Under the pieces are notes generated by a model. The model ran no database searches, was not told the DNA's origin, and saw nothing but the letters and a program-made list of their open reading frames with translations. The position numbers and the translations under genes were made by a program. From Eledone cirrhosa (lineage: Eukaryota), in NCBI GenBank assembly GCA_964016885.1, contig OZ024741.1, positions 377,146,001-377,210,000 on the forward strand: 64,000 nucleotides of DNA. Direction: 5' to 3'. Positions within the stretch are counted from its first letter, which is position 1, and each line of letters begins with the position of its first letter. Positions 25,188-39,104 of this stretch are shown piece by piece.

Positions 25188-26456
25188 CTATATATAGGGC
25201 TTAAAGTTTTGGAAGGAATGTCTGAGGCGGTGTTGGCAAGTTGCAAACACCTCAGATTTTTTGTTAAGTAGGTTACGGTTGGAGAAGATAATATTGTGTG
25301 TCTCTAGTATACAGAGGTTACAGAATTTATTAGGTGGTTTGTACGAGGTCGCGCTGCCTATCACTTCCCATTTGAGTGTGTATGGTTTATTTTTAGATTT
25401 TAGATAGTGTATGTAGCTAGAAAGTGAGGTGGAGTTGGCTAGGCTGTGCTTTTTGAACGAGTGGATGTGCGAGTTATATCTAATTTTGAAGCAGTTAGAA
25501 GTGGAGCCTACATAGGTTTCTGAAGAGTTATTAGTCGTGACTGTGCATGAGTATATGACATCCTTGGTTAGGCATTTTTTATCTAAGGGGCAGGTTCTAT
25601 TAGCTCTACAGTTACAATTATTCTGTGCGTTAGTCCGCTGGTTATAATGCAATGCGGAAGTCTGTGTGGTGGATATAGGATTTTGGGTGTTCAGGTTGAC
25701 AACCCTGGTGTTATTACTTATACTAGTGTTATTTCTATTGTTACTGCCGTTGCTATTGTTGCTTGCTACAGTGGTATTTAGAGGGTTTGCATCCCGTTGT
25801 GATTTTGTTTGTTGGAAGTAAGAACTAATTTTACTATTATTGCTGCTAGCTATGTGGTATGCTAAGTTAGGCGTCGTAGAGTATGAGATTTTAATGGTGT
25901 TTTTGTTTAAGAGGTTGTGGTACTTGTGTCCTAGAGGGAAGTTTTTATCTAGTAGTGAGAAGAAAGCCCTAGGTATGTTGGTGGAGACATTTAGGTTGAA
26001 AGGAGGGTTGAAAAATGTATTATTTCTTCTTCTATTTTTGCTTTTAGTGTTTGGTGTGTTGCTTCCTCCTAAGGCCTCACAGTAGTTTCCATGGTAATGG
26101 TTACTTCCGGTGGCACCCTCCGCTTTGGTGTACTTGTGGTTGCTATTCCTATTATTAGATTTCCTCATGGACATGTTGTGCGAGATGATGTTGTAGCTAT
26201 GTGTTTTCTTAGGTAGGAACTCTATTTCTATATTATGGCCGGAGCTAGCTAATGCTTGATTGTAATATTGTGAGTTTTTGCTAAATATGTTTGCGTCATA
26301 GGACAGACTAGAGATTCTATTGGACACCCCCTTAGAGATAGAGTTTAATATTGATCTAGGGTGATTAGACTTGGTATCTACGTAAATAAGTTTCTCATTA
26401 GGCTTATGGAAAGGTGTACATGAATTACTTGACATCCCTGCGTTGTGCATCTCCAA
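25188..26456 (-). CDS. Naiad-like PLE C-terminal half: RT thumb, Asn-rich linker, Zn-finger-like motif, GIY-YIG
   Basis: SNHP, FNPPF, IKISYS, CNCRANRTCPLDKKC, VIYSC...YVGST..FKIRY, CNLC, CQHR; first ~13 aa come from the inverted pLTR. Confidence 0.9.
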   Translation of the reverse strand: MEMHNAGMSSNSCTPFHKPNEKLIYVDTKSNHPRSILNSISKGVSNRISSLSYDANIFSKNSQYYNQALASSGHNIEIEFLPKKTHSYNIISHNMSMRKSNNRNSNHKYTKAEGATGSNHYHGNYCEALGGSNTPNTKSKNRRRNNTFFNPPFNLNVSTNIPRAFFSLLDKNFPLGHKYHNLLNKNTIKISYSTTPNLAYHIASSNNSKISSYFQQTKSQRDANPLNTTVASNNSNGSNNRNNTSISNNTRVVNLNTQNPISTTQTSALHYNQRTNAQNNCNCRANRTCPLDKKCLTKDVIYSCTVTTNNSSETYVGSTSNCFKIRYNSHIHSFKKHSLANSTSLSSYIHYLKSKNKPYTLKWEVIGSATSYKPPNKFCNLCILETHNIIFSNRNLLNKKSEVFATCQHRLRHSFQNFKPYI

Positions 26457-26881
26457 TACTTATAACACTTTTAATGCTTGCACTATCTTTAATACTTATA
26501 ATATTTCTCCACACACAGACTACATCAATCATATAAAGACTTTGCCACCAGATCTACCAACCTAACACTCTTATTTACCTACCTAAGTGCCTCTACCACA
26601 CATATCTCTCTGCCACACTATATAAACAAGACGCACATGCGTGCCACACATATAACATTTGCACTATATAACCACTTATCTTCATGTTGTACTTTAACCT
26701 ATATCTTTGATTTTTGATTGTACCTATTAATATAAATGTAATCTCGAAGTGTGTACTGCCACTCTAAATTTTGTAATGAATGTTGACCCACAATGTTTGA
26801 ATATGTATCAATGTTTGAATATGTATTGGTATGTCTCTCGGCTGAAAAGGAGGTCATATAACTGTCCATGCATTAATAAAT

Positions 26882-26928
26882 TGCTCCGAAGAATCCAAAC
26901 CTCGGTTTGGAGGAAACAGCTGTAAGCA
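26882..26928 (+). ncRNA. Type I hammerhead ribozyme, CCGAAGA (U4C) core
   Basis: TGCT-CCGAAGA-TCCAAACC/GGTTTGGA-GAAAC-AGCT-GTA-AGCA. Confidence 0.8.
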
Positions 26929-27149
26929 CAATAATGTTTTGAACAGTTCTTTGATTCTTATATTTCATATAACTGCTCTGTAAATCATCTGATGTTTTTA
27001 CATTGAGCTACTTAACTTACTGGTAATAAGGTAGTAATACATTACTGCCTACCACTATTTAGGGTGTGTGTAAAATACTTACAACTGCTTAAGGTTTTGT
27101 GTTTACATAACCATAAATAGTATAACTAATACTATATATATATATATTG

Positions 27150-27720
27150 TTGAAGTGTGTCACTCCAGGAAAAAGATTCAGGTTGAATTCTCGTATTTCC
27201 TAAAAACGACTCACAGTGCAAATTTACGAACTGTGGGCCTCTAGAATCTTTAAGAGATGTATAGTAAGGACAAACTGGTTCTCCACCTTGTTACATTTAT
27301 TTCAGATACAAGTGAGTCGATTCGTTACATGCCGATTTTAGCACGCTGGGGAAGGATTAAATTTTAGTATACCAACAGGTTTCTGCAAACAGCGTTTCTT
27401 TAAATAATGGTGTAGTTGTCACTTCCTTCTGTTATCTTTAGCTGGATGTCGATCAGTAACAGGGTTCCAGTATTTTTGAGGTTGGACCATATTTTATACA
27501 CCATTTTCGTGAACATTAAGTTTCGAGCGCTCGGTGTCCCAACTGCTGAACACAGCAGATGACCTGTAGGCGTGAAATGCTGGATCACATTAATAGATCT
27601 ATTATTTGCTTGTATATGTGGTTGTGCAAAGTAAAATAGGTATTTTCTATCACAAATAAATGGAGGTGAAGGAGATCAGAGATTGTGAGGCTAAAGCTGT
27701 AAAGGTACACATACATAGTA
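27150..27720 (-). pseudogene. Possible highly decayed PLE RT remnant
   Basis: AVGTPSARNL...LLIDI loosely resembles AMGT..A...YIDDI; weak. Confidence 0.3.
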
Positions 27721-28019
27721 TCACTAATGGCCCGGCCCGCTTTTACTGTTCATACATAGATATACTTCCTCAGCACAAACAAAAACATTAGTGGTTGCAT
27801 TCCAGAAATTGCCATGCACACCCATAAGAATCTACATAGCTTGCAAACCAATCACTCTCTGCCAGGAATTGGTCAACTCACACACACTAGTACATACATC
27901 CAGCACCCACAAAAGCATGTCACGGTCAGATCCGATCCGACATTTCAACTCTCACAGCTATATGAAAACAAACAAACAATGGCAAAAAATACTCCCAAAA
28001 CAATGATCAGGTAAGAAAA

Positions 28020-28700
28020 ATGGTCGCACATGCAATAGGGGCTAGTATCAAAACCACCCTAAAGAGCCACATATTCAAGTTCAACGAGAATATCTACACC
28101 CAAAATGAGGGAGCAACCATTGGCATCAGCATAGCTGGTGACGTTGCCAAACTTTTCATGGTATCGTGGGAAAGGAGACTTAAAGGTCTCTTTAATGAGA
28201 GCTCCATAGACCTCATCATGTACTCTCGTTACGTAGACGATATCAATATAGTTATAAGAACATCCCCACTAGAGAGCACTAAAAAGTTTCATTTAGAACG
28301 TAGCACAATGGAAAGCATCCAGCAGATAGCTAATTCCATACACCAGAGTATAACTGTAACTGTCGACTGCCCTTCCAAACATCCTAACAATAGACTACCT
28401 GTATTAGACACGGAACTCGTGATTAACACTATAGACGAGAGAGCCCAAATTCTCCACTCACACTATGCTAAATCCATGGTCTCCAAATACCTGATACTCA
28501 AAAACTCTGTAATGTCCAGTAGTGCTAAGCTTAATATTCTGATCGCAGATTTAGTACAAGTGATGAAGAACGTGTCCCGCATGTGCGACCCAACAGAAAT
28601 GGAAAGACGCACTCCAACACTTCATCAACCGCATGCAGTTCTCTGGCTACAACCAAAGAGACAGAGTCAGAGTATACGAAGGAGCCATGGAGAAGTATAA
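28020..28700 (+). CDS. PLE reverse transcriptase fragment (continues by frameshift in 28633-28911)
   Basis: FKFNENIYTQNEGATIG, YSRYVDDIN, LPVLDTEL. Confidence 0.85.
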   Translation: MVAHAIGASIKTTLKSHIFKFNENIYTQNEGATIGISIAGDVAKLFMVSWERRLKGLFNESSIDLIMYSRYVDDINIVIRTSPLESTKKFHLERSTMESIQQIANSIHQSITVTVDCPSKHPNNRLPVLDTELVINTIDERAQILHSHYAKSMVSKYLILKNSVMSSSAKLNILIADLVQVMKNVSRMCDPTEMERRTPTLHQPHAVLWLQPKRQSQSIRRSHGEV

Positions 28701-29085
28701 GACCGTCATAGAACTGGACATGAAAGGAATTTGCCCATTATACAGGAGCAAATCATGGAATAGCTTAGATAGGGCTAGGCATAAGATAGGGAAAACCACC
28801 TCATGGTACGACAACCAGAGATACCAGAGTGTCATGTTTGTGGACGCTACCCCTGGAGGGAAATTAGCTAACCATGTAGAAAGCCCTGAGAAAGACCCAC
28901 TTAAAGATTAAGGTGGTAGAAAAGCCAGGGACCACCATAAAATCCCTGATCAGCAAAACCTACCCTTTTAAGAAAACCCACTGTATAATAGGAAATGTAT
29001 CATATGTAAGGTAAACCCCCGGATAAACTGTAAAACTAGAAACGTAGTCTCTAGCATAAGATGTACAAAGGGTACTTGCAGAAAC

Positions 29086-29385
29086 ATGACAACAACATAC
29101 ATAGGCGAGACGGCTCGTAGCATAGGTGAAAGGATAAACCAACACTGGGGGGAACTAAAAGGACGAAAAAAAGGAACAGTACTATACGAACATGCCAGAC
29201 AACAACACGTCGGTAACATAGACAACATAGAAATTAGAATAATATCTAAACATAGAAATGACCCAGCAGATAGGCAAATCAGAGAGGCCAGTGAAATAGA
29301 ACATAGAAGGCCAAGACTAAACAGAAAGAATGAATGGAATAACAACAACACCCAAACAAACAACATTGACCTAAGAGAAGTATAA
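29086..29385 (+). CDS. PLE GIY-YIG endonuclease fragment
   Basis: YIGETARSIGERINQH, EHARQQH, RQIREA, LNRKNEW. Confidence 0.85.
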   Translation: MTTTYIGETARSIGERINQHWGELKGRKKGTVLYEHARQQHVGNIDNIEIRIISKHRNDPADRQIREASEIEHRRPRLNRKNEWNNNNTQTNNIDLREV

Positions 29386-29654
29386 ACAAATAAATAAATA
29401 GATAAATAAATACATACACAAGCACAATAACAACAAACACATATAAACACACACTAGTAAAGATAGAATACATTAACCGATACACAGTCACCAAATCACG
29501 AACACACATCAAACAAAACACTATACACACACGCAAACGCATGCGCAAAGAAGACAAAATAAAATAAACAAACAAACAAATAAATAAATAAATATATAGT
29601 AAGACTAAATAAAAATGGCGTAGACATACAATGTAACGGGATGAAACAATAGCA

Positions 29655-29693
29655 CCACTGACGATGTTGCAGATGTGCAACGAAAGAAGTTTG
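29655..29693 (+). ncRNA. Minimal hammerhead-like motif of Neptune-like pLTR
   Basis: CTGACGA-GTTGCA GATG TGCAAC-GAAA; stems I and III weak. Confidence 0.55.
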
Positions 29694-29939
29694 ATAAACT
29701 ATATATATGTGTTTGTGTCTATATTGTATCTGTATTATTTTTGTCCGTTGGCCAGTCAATGGCAACATTGAGGACTGAATAAATTAGATTACCGATATAA
29801 AAGATACAGAGGCGAAAAGCGAAAACCAACCAAACAGTGAGTGTGTTCTGTTATTAATTCTGGCAATATTACACAAATATGACCCTCCCCATGTATAACA
29901 ATATATATATATATATATATATATATGTATTTAAATGTA

Positions 29940-30693
29940 TAGAAGGTTGGCCGTATGTGTGTGATCGCTTGTTTATGTATATATGTGTACGTTTGCATAT
30001 GACATGCTTACCCAATTGATACAGAACAGTCAGAAGGCTCGTGGTCGCATGTATCAACAAGTGTGTGGTGACTGGGCCTATGGGAGAGAGGGAGAGAGGG
30101 CGTGTGAGTATATATACTGCGATGTATGTATATGGCGGTGTGGGTGTCTGAGCATGTAGACCTACGAGTGTGAATGCATAGATAGGTGTATGTCTGAGTA
30201 TATATATGTGTGTGTTACTATGTGTTTATTCTAGTATTTGTGGGTTCTTACTCTGAAGTGTGAGCATACGTGTGAAGTGCTGAACCCAGCATGACTCCAT
30301 TGAAATATGTCGGACGGAAAATCGTTGATGAATCGTGTGGCCGCAGATACTGGCCAGAACCTGTGATGACGTGGAGTAAAAACAGCCAATGGCATGACAA
30401 GAGTGGAAACAAGGTTTTTTGAGGGGTTGATTTGAAGACAACACCCCAGTGATAAAATTTGCTCCGGACATAACAGACGTGTCTGAAAGAACCCGCAGAA
30501 GTAGAATCAGCCAGATCCATACAAGGACCATGACTCGAGCTACATGCCGGCGAAACATTTGTAACACGAAATAAACTAAGTCCAGGTGCATCACTGATTT
30601 TTCGTTTTCTTGATAATATATACACTCTACTCTGATGAATATCGAGTGCTAATTTTGGCATACCGCCTACGGAAGCACCATATCTACCACTAT
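29940..30693 (+). mobile_element. Non-coding PLE pLTR-like HHR element
   Basis: HHR, ATCGAGTGCT motif and CTACCACTATA end shared with 56631-56770; TA flanks. Confidence 0.6.
30478..30568 (+). ncRNA. Type I hammerhead ribozyme with ~60-nt stem II
   Basis: CGTGT-CTGAAAGA-CCGCA..GTAG/CTAC.TGCCGG-GAAAC-ATTT-GTA-ACACG; one extra A in the core. Confidence 0.6.
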
Positions 30694-30721
30694 ACACACA
30701 TATATATATATATATATATAT

Positions 30722-31327
30722 GTCAGGTCAACAGTTGGTGCTACTGGAAACATGTATCCCAGTACAACCTGTCTCATGGTCGGGTCGTTGGCGACTAAAC
30801 TGACAACCGCACCAAGGTTTCTTGGTGAGGAGGGTGACTTTGGACATCCTGCAGGACTAAAAACAAACCCATCAAATGACAAGGTGGTTCTTAAGAGTCA
30901 ATGGCCATCCAAAATCACCGGGAGAGATGACCCCTTAGCCTTTGTCAAGGCAGAATTCTAGGAGAAGGAAAACTCTGATATAACACCTGCAACCCTGATG
31001 GTATCCAATGATGTTGACTTATTCTTCTTTTTGGTAATATCATCTTGGTTAAGAGAGTGGGATGGCTTCGTGCAGTGCCTTTGCTCACTATAAAAGCTTC
31101 ACGGCACAGGCATTGCTTTATATCTGGAGATCTCTATGCACTTGTCGTCACGTTGTACCATGGACCCAGAACTATGTGTCAATAATTGTCACAAGTGTAG
31201 TGTTTGTACCAGAGTTTTCAAGTCACTGGCTGGACTAAAATGTCACACCCGTTCAGCACATCGGTTGAGATTCTCCTACATAGATATAAAGTAGTGGCTG
31301 TACTCGAAAACGCGTTGGCAGCCACCA
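30722..31327 (+). mobile_element. Internally deleted RTE-like LINE derivative
   Basis: RTE-type 5'UTR motif AAGGCA..CTAGGAGAAGGAAAACTCTGA joined to terminal C2H2 HKCSVCTRVFKSLAGLKCHTRSAH and a short 3'UTR. Confidence 0.6.
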
Positions 31328-31351
31328 TATATATATATATTTATATATATA

Positions 31352-32785
<1,434 letters not shown>

Positions 32786-32794
32786 TTATATATG

Positions 32795-32973
32795 AATTGG
32801 CAGTATCGGTAGAGGGTCGGACGCCATGCTTTCCAGCATAGTTACGTCCATTTACGATCTGAGTTCAAATCCCGCCGAGGTTGACTTTGCCTTTCAACCT
32901 TACGGGGTCGATAAAATGAAGTACCAGTAATGCACTGGGTAATTGGTGGCCTTGTGCCCAAAGTAGAAACAGT
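32795..32973 (+). mobile_element. tRNA-derived SINE (octopus-type)
   Basis: Highly similar to 2134-2312. Confidence 0.8.
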
Positions 32974-33025
32974 TATATATATATATATAATATAGAAAAG
33001 GCTTCTACAGGACTAGAACAGTTTC

Positions 33026-33098
<73 letters not shown>

Positions 33099-33101
<3 letters not shown>

Positions 33102-33776
33102 GCCCCTTTTGTTGACCCGTCACCGTATCATTTACGTACTTATACCTCTTAAAAGGGTCCTTGCCTTATCCGTCCCACCTAGTTCTCTTACTTATTTCCT
33201 TATTTATTTATTTATTTATTTATTTACTTCTTCCTTTCTTTCTTTATTTTATTCTCGCCTAACAATAGCCTGACACCTAGGTCGTAGAATTTAATTTACC
33301 TTACTTTTTTCTTTACACTTATTTGCTTTTCTTCACTCTCAGTATTTTTTCTTTCGTATTTCTACCCCCCATTGTTCTACCTACCGTTCCGATTTCCTCC
33401 CCCTCCCCCTCCCCTGCATCTTCTTTGACCTCATGCCCAGCTGTAGCTGGCACTACCAACGCTTGATTGGGTCTACTCCACCCCCTCCCCTCTTTCTCCT
33501 ACTGGCAGGTTTAGCCACCATCTCCCCTACTAATTTGCAACCACAGAATTACTACTGATTTTTGACAATCACTTTGACCATATATGGAATTACCCCTTGA
33601 GAAGATCGGCTATTTAAATACCAGGATAAATTTTCATTTAGTCCAGAATTAGCCGTCGAAACGGCTTGAGCTCAGCTGTCGGGGTCTTACTGGTTCCTAT
33701 TACCCACTCTACTACCTCAAGTATTGAGTACTTTGGTGCGTTATTGTCCACCTGGTTCCTTACCACATTTCCTTCG

Positions 33777-33779
<3 letters not shown>
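33099..33779 (+). mobile_element. Non-coding ~680-nt HHR element / solo pLTR
   Basis: Between (TA)n arrays; pyrimidine-rich body, HHR, TATTGAGTAC motif. Confidence 0.7.
33592..33685 (+). ncRNA. Type I hammerhead ribozyme, U3:A8 core
   Basis: ACCCC-TTGAGAA-GA(T)CGGCTA..TAGCCGTC-GAAAC-GGCTTGAGCTCAGCT-GTC^GGGGT. Confidence 0.85.
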
Positions 33780-33807
<28 letters not shown>

Positions 33808-33811
33808 TTGT

Positions 33812-34981
33812 TAAACTTGGGGAGGGTCATATTGTCAGAAATAATAACAGAACACACTCAGTGTTTGGTTGGTTTTCGCTTCCGTATCTTTTATATCTCT
33901 ATAGTTAATTTATTTGGTCCTCAATGTTTATCATTAATTGACCAACGGTTAAAAATACAGATATAAATATATATATATATAGTCTATCAACATTCTTTCG
34001 TTGCGCATCTGCAACATCATCACTGGTACTGTTATGTTTCCTCCAGTTGTATTGTATGTCTACGCTATTTTTATTTATTTGTTTATTTATTTATGTATTT
34101 CTTGTCTCCGCCTTTGCGCATGCTTTTGCGTCTGTGTTTAATGTTTGGTGTGCGTTCGCGTGTGAGTGTATGTGATTTCTATATTGTATTCTATATCTGT
34201 TTACTAGTGTGTGTTTATATGTGTTTGTTGTTATTTTACCTTTGTATATATTTATTTATTTATTTATTTATTTATATTTCCCTTAGGTCAATATTGTTTG
34301 TTTCGATATGTTTATTGTTGTTATTCCATTCATTTTATTCTGGTGAACTTACGTCTTCTTAGCTCTATCTCAGATGCTTCACTGATCTGCCTATCTGTTG
34401 AGTCATTTTTATGTTTTAATATTATTTTAATTTCTATGTTGTCTATATTAGCGTCATTTCTTTGTCTGACGTGTTCATATAGTACTGAACCATTTTTTTG
34501 TCCTTTTAGTTCCCACCAGTTTTGGTCTATCCTTTCTCCTATGCTTCGAGCTGTCTCACCTATGTCGTTGTCATGTTTCTGCAAGTACTCTCTGTATATC
34601 TTATGCTATAGACTACATTTCTAGTTTTACAGTTTATTTGTGGGTTCAGTTTACATATAACACATTTCTTATTAGTACAGTAGGTTTTCTTTGCTGATCA
34701 GGGATGATATGGCTTTTCGACCATCTTTAAATGGGTCTTTCTTAGGGTCTTTCTACATTGGTTAGCTGATTTCCCTCCAGGGGTAGCATCCACGAACATG
34801 ACACTCTGGTATCTCTGGTTGTCGGACAAACATTTGGCGTTCCCTATCTTATGTTTAGTCCTATCTAACCTATACCATGATTTGCTCCTGTATAATGGGC
34901 AAATTCCTTTCATGTCCATTTCTATGAGGATCTTATATTTCCCCGTGGCTGTTTTGAATACTCTGATTCTGTCTCTTTGGT

Positions 34982-34983
<2 letters not shown>
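33812..34983 (-). mobile_element. Neptune-like PLE 3' fragment
   Basis: Homologous to 28650-29895; IGETARSIGER. Confidence 0.85.
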
Positions 34984-35376
<393 letters not shown>

Positions 35377-36286
35377 ATTTCAGTTTTCAAAAATTGAGGG
35401 CTTCCTTAAAATATATAATATCAACGTCCGCTTAGAATATCCCAAAATACCGTTTCCTACTTCAATGCTCTTATTTAACAAACATTCCAATAGAGTGAAC
35501 CGTGTGTTCTAGCATAATCTTTATACAACTCTAACAAATGGCGGTCTATAGATAAATTATTTGCGGCAGGAGGGCATCGTGAATAACGAAAATGAAATAT
35601 GCTTTATAGGTGCTTTTCTTTTCTTTCAATTATTTTGTTACCCACATTTTATCATTTCACTTTAAGAATAAAACAACAGGAATTAGAAGTTTCTATATTT
35701 AAATCAATTTAGCTAACACTAAGTTTTACATAAAAGCCAATGTTTATATTGAAAGCGTTGTTTGAAGTTACAAAATGTAATTTAAACAATAGTGTCTTTT
35801 GTAGTTGTTAATGTTATGCTTTGCTAAATTAAAGGGAAATATCTTAATTGTTGTCCAGTATTAATTAATAAGACACTTTTATCTATGTAATACTGCCGCC
35901 AAAATAATTCGAGTTATATAATGATTTTTGTCTATCCTTTATTGATTTCAGTAAACCCATAATCGGGCTATTCACATTCTACTGTGTTACACTTTTGAAA
36001 GAAAATAGTCAATTTTTGCATACGAGTGAATTCTCACACCAGTATATGAGGCAAAATTAACAGCAATGAGATTCAAAACTCACTTCATAAATAAAGTGTA
36101 ATATTTGCTTTTATAATAATGTGTCCACCTTATTCGATGTCATATTTACTGCATTTATTTCAATCCACAATGAAGCAGCCGAAATTGGTTTCCACCTGAG
36201 AGATTCTGGAGTAACGTTCCACAATAGGGTGCGTAGTTCGCTGACCAGGGAGTTGCTCCTGAAATAAGTGGGTGATTCATATAAAA

Positions 36287-36287
<1 letters not shown>

Positions 36288-36366
<79 letters not shown>
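36288..36366. repeat. (TAA)n microsatellite at the R4-like insertion site
   Basis: Pure TAA run. Confidence 0.95.
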
Positions 36367-36367
<1 letters not shown>

Positions 36368-38217
36368 TGAAAGGATGCCGAAAGAAGTCATGTGGTACAA
36401 AGGACCAGTTGCTTATTGATAAGATGGTAATGGGGAATTGCAGGAGGAGACACACTGATCTTGCCATGGGATGGATAGACTACAGAAAGGCATTTGACAT
36501 GGTGCCTCATTCCTGGATCACCAAAAGCCTGGAGATCTTCAGGGTGGCGGATAACATCAGACAGTTGCTAGGCAGGAGTATGGGGTCCTGGGTGACAGAG
36601 TTGACATCAACTGGAGTATCCTTGGAAAGCGTGAAGATCAAGAGAGGTATCTTCCAGGGAGATAGCCTGTCCCCTCTGTTGTTTGTCCTTGCCCTGATGC
36701 CCTTGACCATTATGCTGCGAAAAGTGAGAGCAGGATACAAGTTGGGAAGGGGAGAGCTTACCATCAATCACCTCCACTTCATGGACGATCTTAAGCTCTT
36801 CGGGAAAAGTGAGAAGGAGTTGGATGTGCTTGTTGACACTGTCCGTATTTTCAGCAGTGATATATGTATGCAGTTTGGTATTGGTAAATGTGGAGTCATT
36901 GTGATGAAGAGGGGTAGGCTGAGCAGAAGTAACGGGATCCAGATACCAACAGGTGAGATGATAAAGGAAATTGACTCTGAGGAAGGATACAAGTATTTGG
37001 GCGTTCTGGAGGCTGATGGCATAAAGAACAAAAAAATGAAGGAATTGTTAAGAACTGAATACATTCGGAGAGTAAGGAGCGTATTGAAGTCACATCTGAA
37101 CAGCAGAAATGCCATAAGCGCAGTAAATTACCGAGCTGTGTCTATTATTAGGTACAGTGCGGGAATTCTGAGATGGAATGTTGCTGAACAGAAAGAAATG
37201 GATAGGAAGACTAGGAAGCTATTGACTATCTACAACATGTTCCACAAGAGGAGTGATGTCGATAGACTCTACCTAAGGAGATCTGAGGGTGGAAGAGGTC
37301 TTATCAGCATAGAGGACTGTGTTCAGATGGAGAAAAACAACCTATACAAATACGTGACCTATAGTAAGGAGCCAATGCTCAGAGCTGTACTGAAGGAGGG
37401 GACAGTAGGCCAGGGGATGTCCAGGGAGGAAATAACATCAAGGAGGAAGAGCAGCCTTAAGGGAAAACCCCTTCATAGTACCTTCTTTGAGAAAACTGAA
37501 TTTAGAGATCCACAGACATGGAACTGGTTGAGAAGAGGAGACCTCAAAAAGGCTACAGAAGGAATGCTAATGGCTGCGCAGGAGCAGGCCCTCAAAACGA
37601 AGTGGTTGAAGCACCACATCTACAAGGAGGAGGCCAGCCCACTGTGCAGGATCTGTGGAGAGAGAGAGGAGACTGTGGCTCACATTGTGTCCGAGTGTAA
37701 ACACCTAGCCCAGACCCACTATAAGGGCTGGAGACACGATGTGATGGGCAGGGTGATCCACTGGCACCTGTGCAAAGTAAACAATCTACCACATTCTGAG
37801 AAATGGTATGAGCATAGGCCAGAGGCGGTGATGGAGAACAATCAGGTGAAGGTGCTGTGGGATTTTAGGATACAGACGGACAAAAAACTGGAACACAATA
37901 GACCTGACCTGGTGGTTGTGGACAAAGAAAAAAGATCGTGCCTGATTGTGGATGTGGCCTGCCCGTTCGACACGAGAGTGCAAGAGAAGGAGAGGGAGAA
38001 AATTAACCGATACCAGGACCTAAAGTGGGAGGTGAAAAGGATTTGGAACTGCCATGAAGTCAAAGTGATCCCGATTGTCATAGGCGCACTGGGGACTATC
38101 TCCAAAAGTTTCCAGGGATGGTTAAAGAAAATCGGCCCCTTCACGCTTTTTGGAACGCTTCAAAAGGCATGCTTGCTTGGAACAGCAAGAACCCTCCGAT
38201 ACGTCCTGAATATCTGA
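36367..38217 (+). CDS. R4/Dong-like non-LTR retrotransposon RT + CCHC + restriction-like endonuclease (5'-truncated, open)
   Basis: [32 protein letters not shown]....C, RHD, RPD..D..CP, K.NRY. Confidence 0.92.
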
Positions 38218-38300
38218 GGCTGCAGGTAGTGGCTTGATATTCAATCCAACGGACTTTCCAGTTAACCAACATCAATGACTGAGATTCAAGGAATAACAAT
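36367..38300 (+). mobile_element. R4/Dong-like LINE family A, young truncated copy
   Basis: Open ORF, short 3'UTR, (TAA)n on both sides. Confidence 0.9.
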
Positions 38301-38405
38301 AACAATAATAATAATAATAATAATATATATAACGTCTATGACAAAACCATTAATCACCTGTTCTACATGGATGACCTGAAACTATTTGCAAAAAATGATT
38401 AACAA

Positions 38406-39104
38406 TTGCAAGGGCTATTATCCACTGTGAAGCAGTTCAGTGATGACATTAAAATGGAGTTTGGACTAGATAAATGCGCCAAAGCAACGTTCACCAGAGG
38501 AAAGCTGCTGAAGAGTTCAGACATTAATCTTGATCGGGGGAACGTGATAAGAGAACTTGATCAAGAAAAAACTTACAAATATCTAGGTGTTTGTGAAGGA
38601 GACGGAATCAAGCACTCGACAATGAGGGAAAGGATGAAGAAGGAATGTTACCGCAGGGTAAGAGCAATCTTAAGAACGGAATTGAATGCAAGGAATAGGA
38701 TCGATGCCATAAACACGCTTGCCATACCAGTAGTAACCTACAGTTACAATGTCATCAACTGGTCAAGCACAGAGATCCGTAGGCTCGATACAAAAATTCG
38801 AAAATTCTTAACCATGCACAGAATGCATCACCCTATGTCAGATATAGATAGAATATATCTCCCTAGGAAAGAAGGAGGACGTGGGTTAATCCAGTTAGAC
38901 ATTGCGTTGAAAACTGCAACAATTGGATTATCTAGATATCTAAGGGAATCACATGATTGGATGATCAAACTCGTTTTGAAACACGAAAGCATCAAAAGAT
39001 CATATTCCATTACAAAAGATGCACAAAGATACAGTAATGGACTACAAATTTCAGAAGTCCCATTTACTGCTGAATGGAAAACACAGAAAAAGCAAAGCAG
39101 GTAA
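38406..39104 (+). CDS. R4-like RT C-terminal fragment
   Basis: FGLDKC, YKYLG, RIYLPRKEGGRGL. Confidence 0.85.
   Translation: MQGLLSTVKQFSDDIKMEFGLDKCAKATFTRGKLLKSSDINLDRGNVIRELDQEKTYKYLGVCEGDGIKHSTMRERMKKECYRRVRAILRTELNARNRIDAINTLAIPVVTYSYNVINWSSTEIRRLDTKIRKFLTMHRMHHPMSDIDRIYLPRKEGGRGLIQLDIALKTATIGLSRYLRESHDWMIKLVLKHESIKRSYSITKDAQRYSNGLQISEVPFTAEWKTQKKQSR

Larger units (their letters stand above)
23667..27133 (-). mobile_element. Young 5'-truncated Naiad-like PLE (-) with inverted pLTR+tail (26416-27133, +)
   Basis: 23667-24210 is a near-identical rc of 26416-26970; uninterrupted 422-aa ORF; (TA)n flanks. Confidence 0.93.
27745..29901 (+). mobile_element. Neptune-like PLE, truncated, with pLTR and tail
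   Basis: RT (GATIG, YSRYVDD, LPVLD), Cys-rich linker, YIGETAR GIY-YIG, HHR-like motif, tail ending in (TA)n. Confidence 0.9.

Noticed and set aside
27400-27588. Protocadherin-like exon (FTKMVY)
   Set aside because: Lacks DxNDN, LDRE and DxG motifs; a decayed RT fits slightly better
31190-31265. C2H2 zinc finger as a host transcription-factor exon
   Set aside because: Single finger followed by a LINE-like 3' end within an RTE derivative
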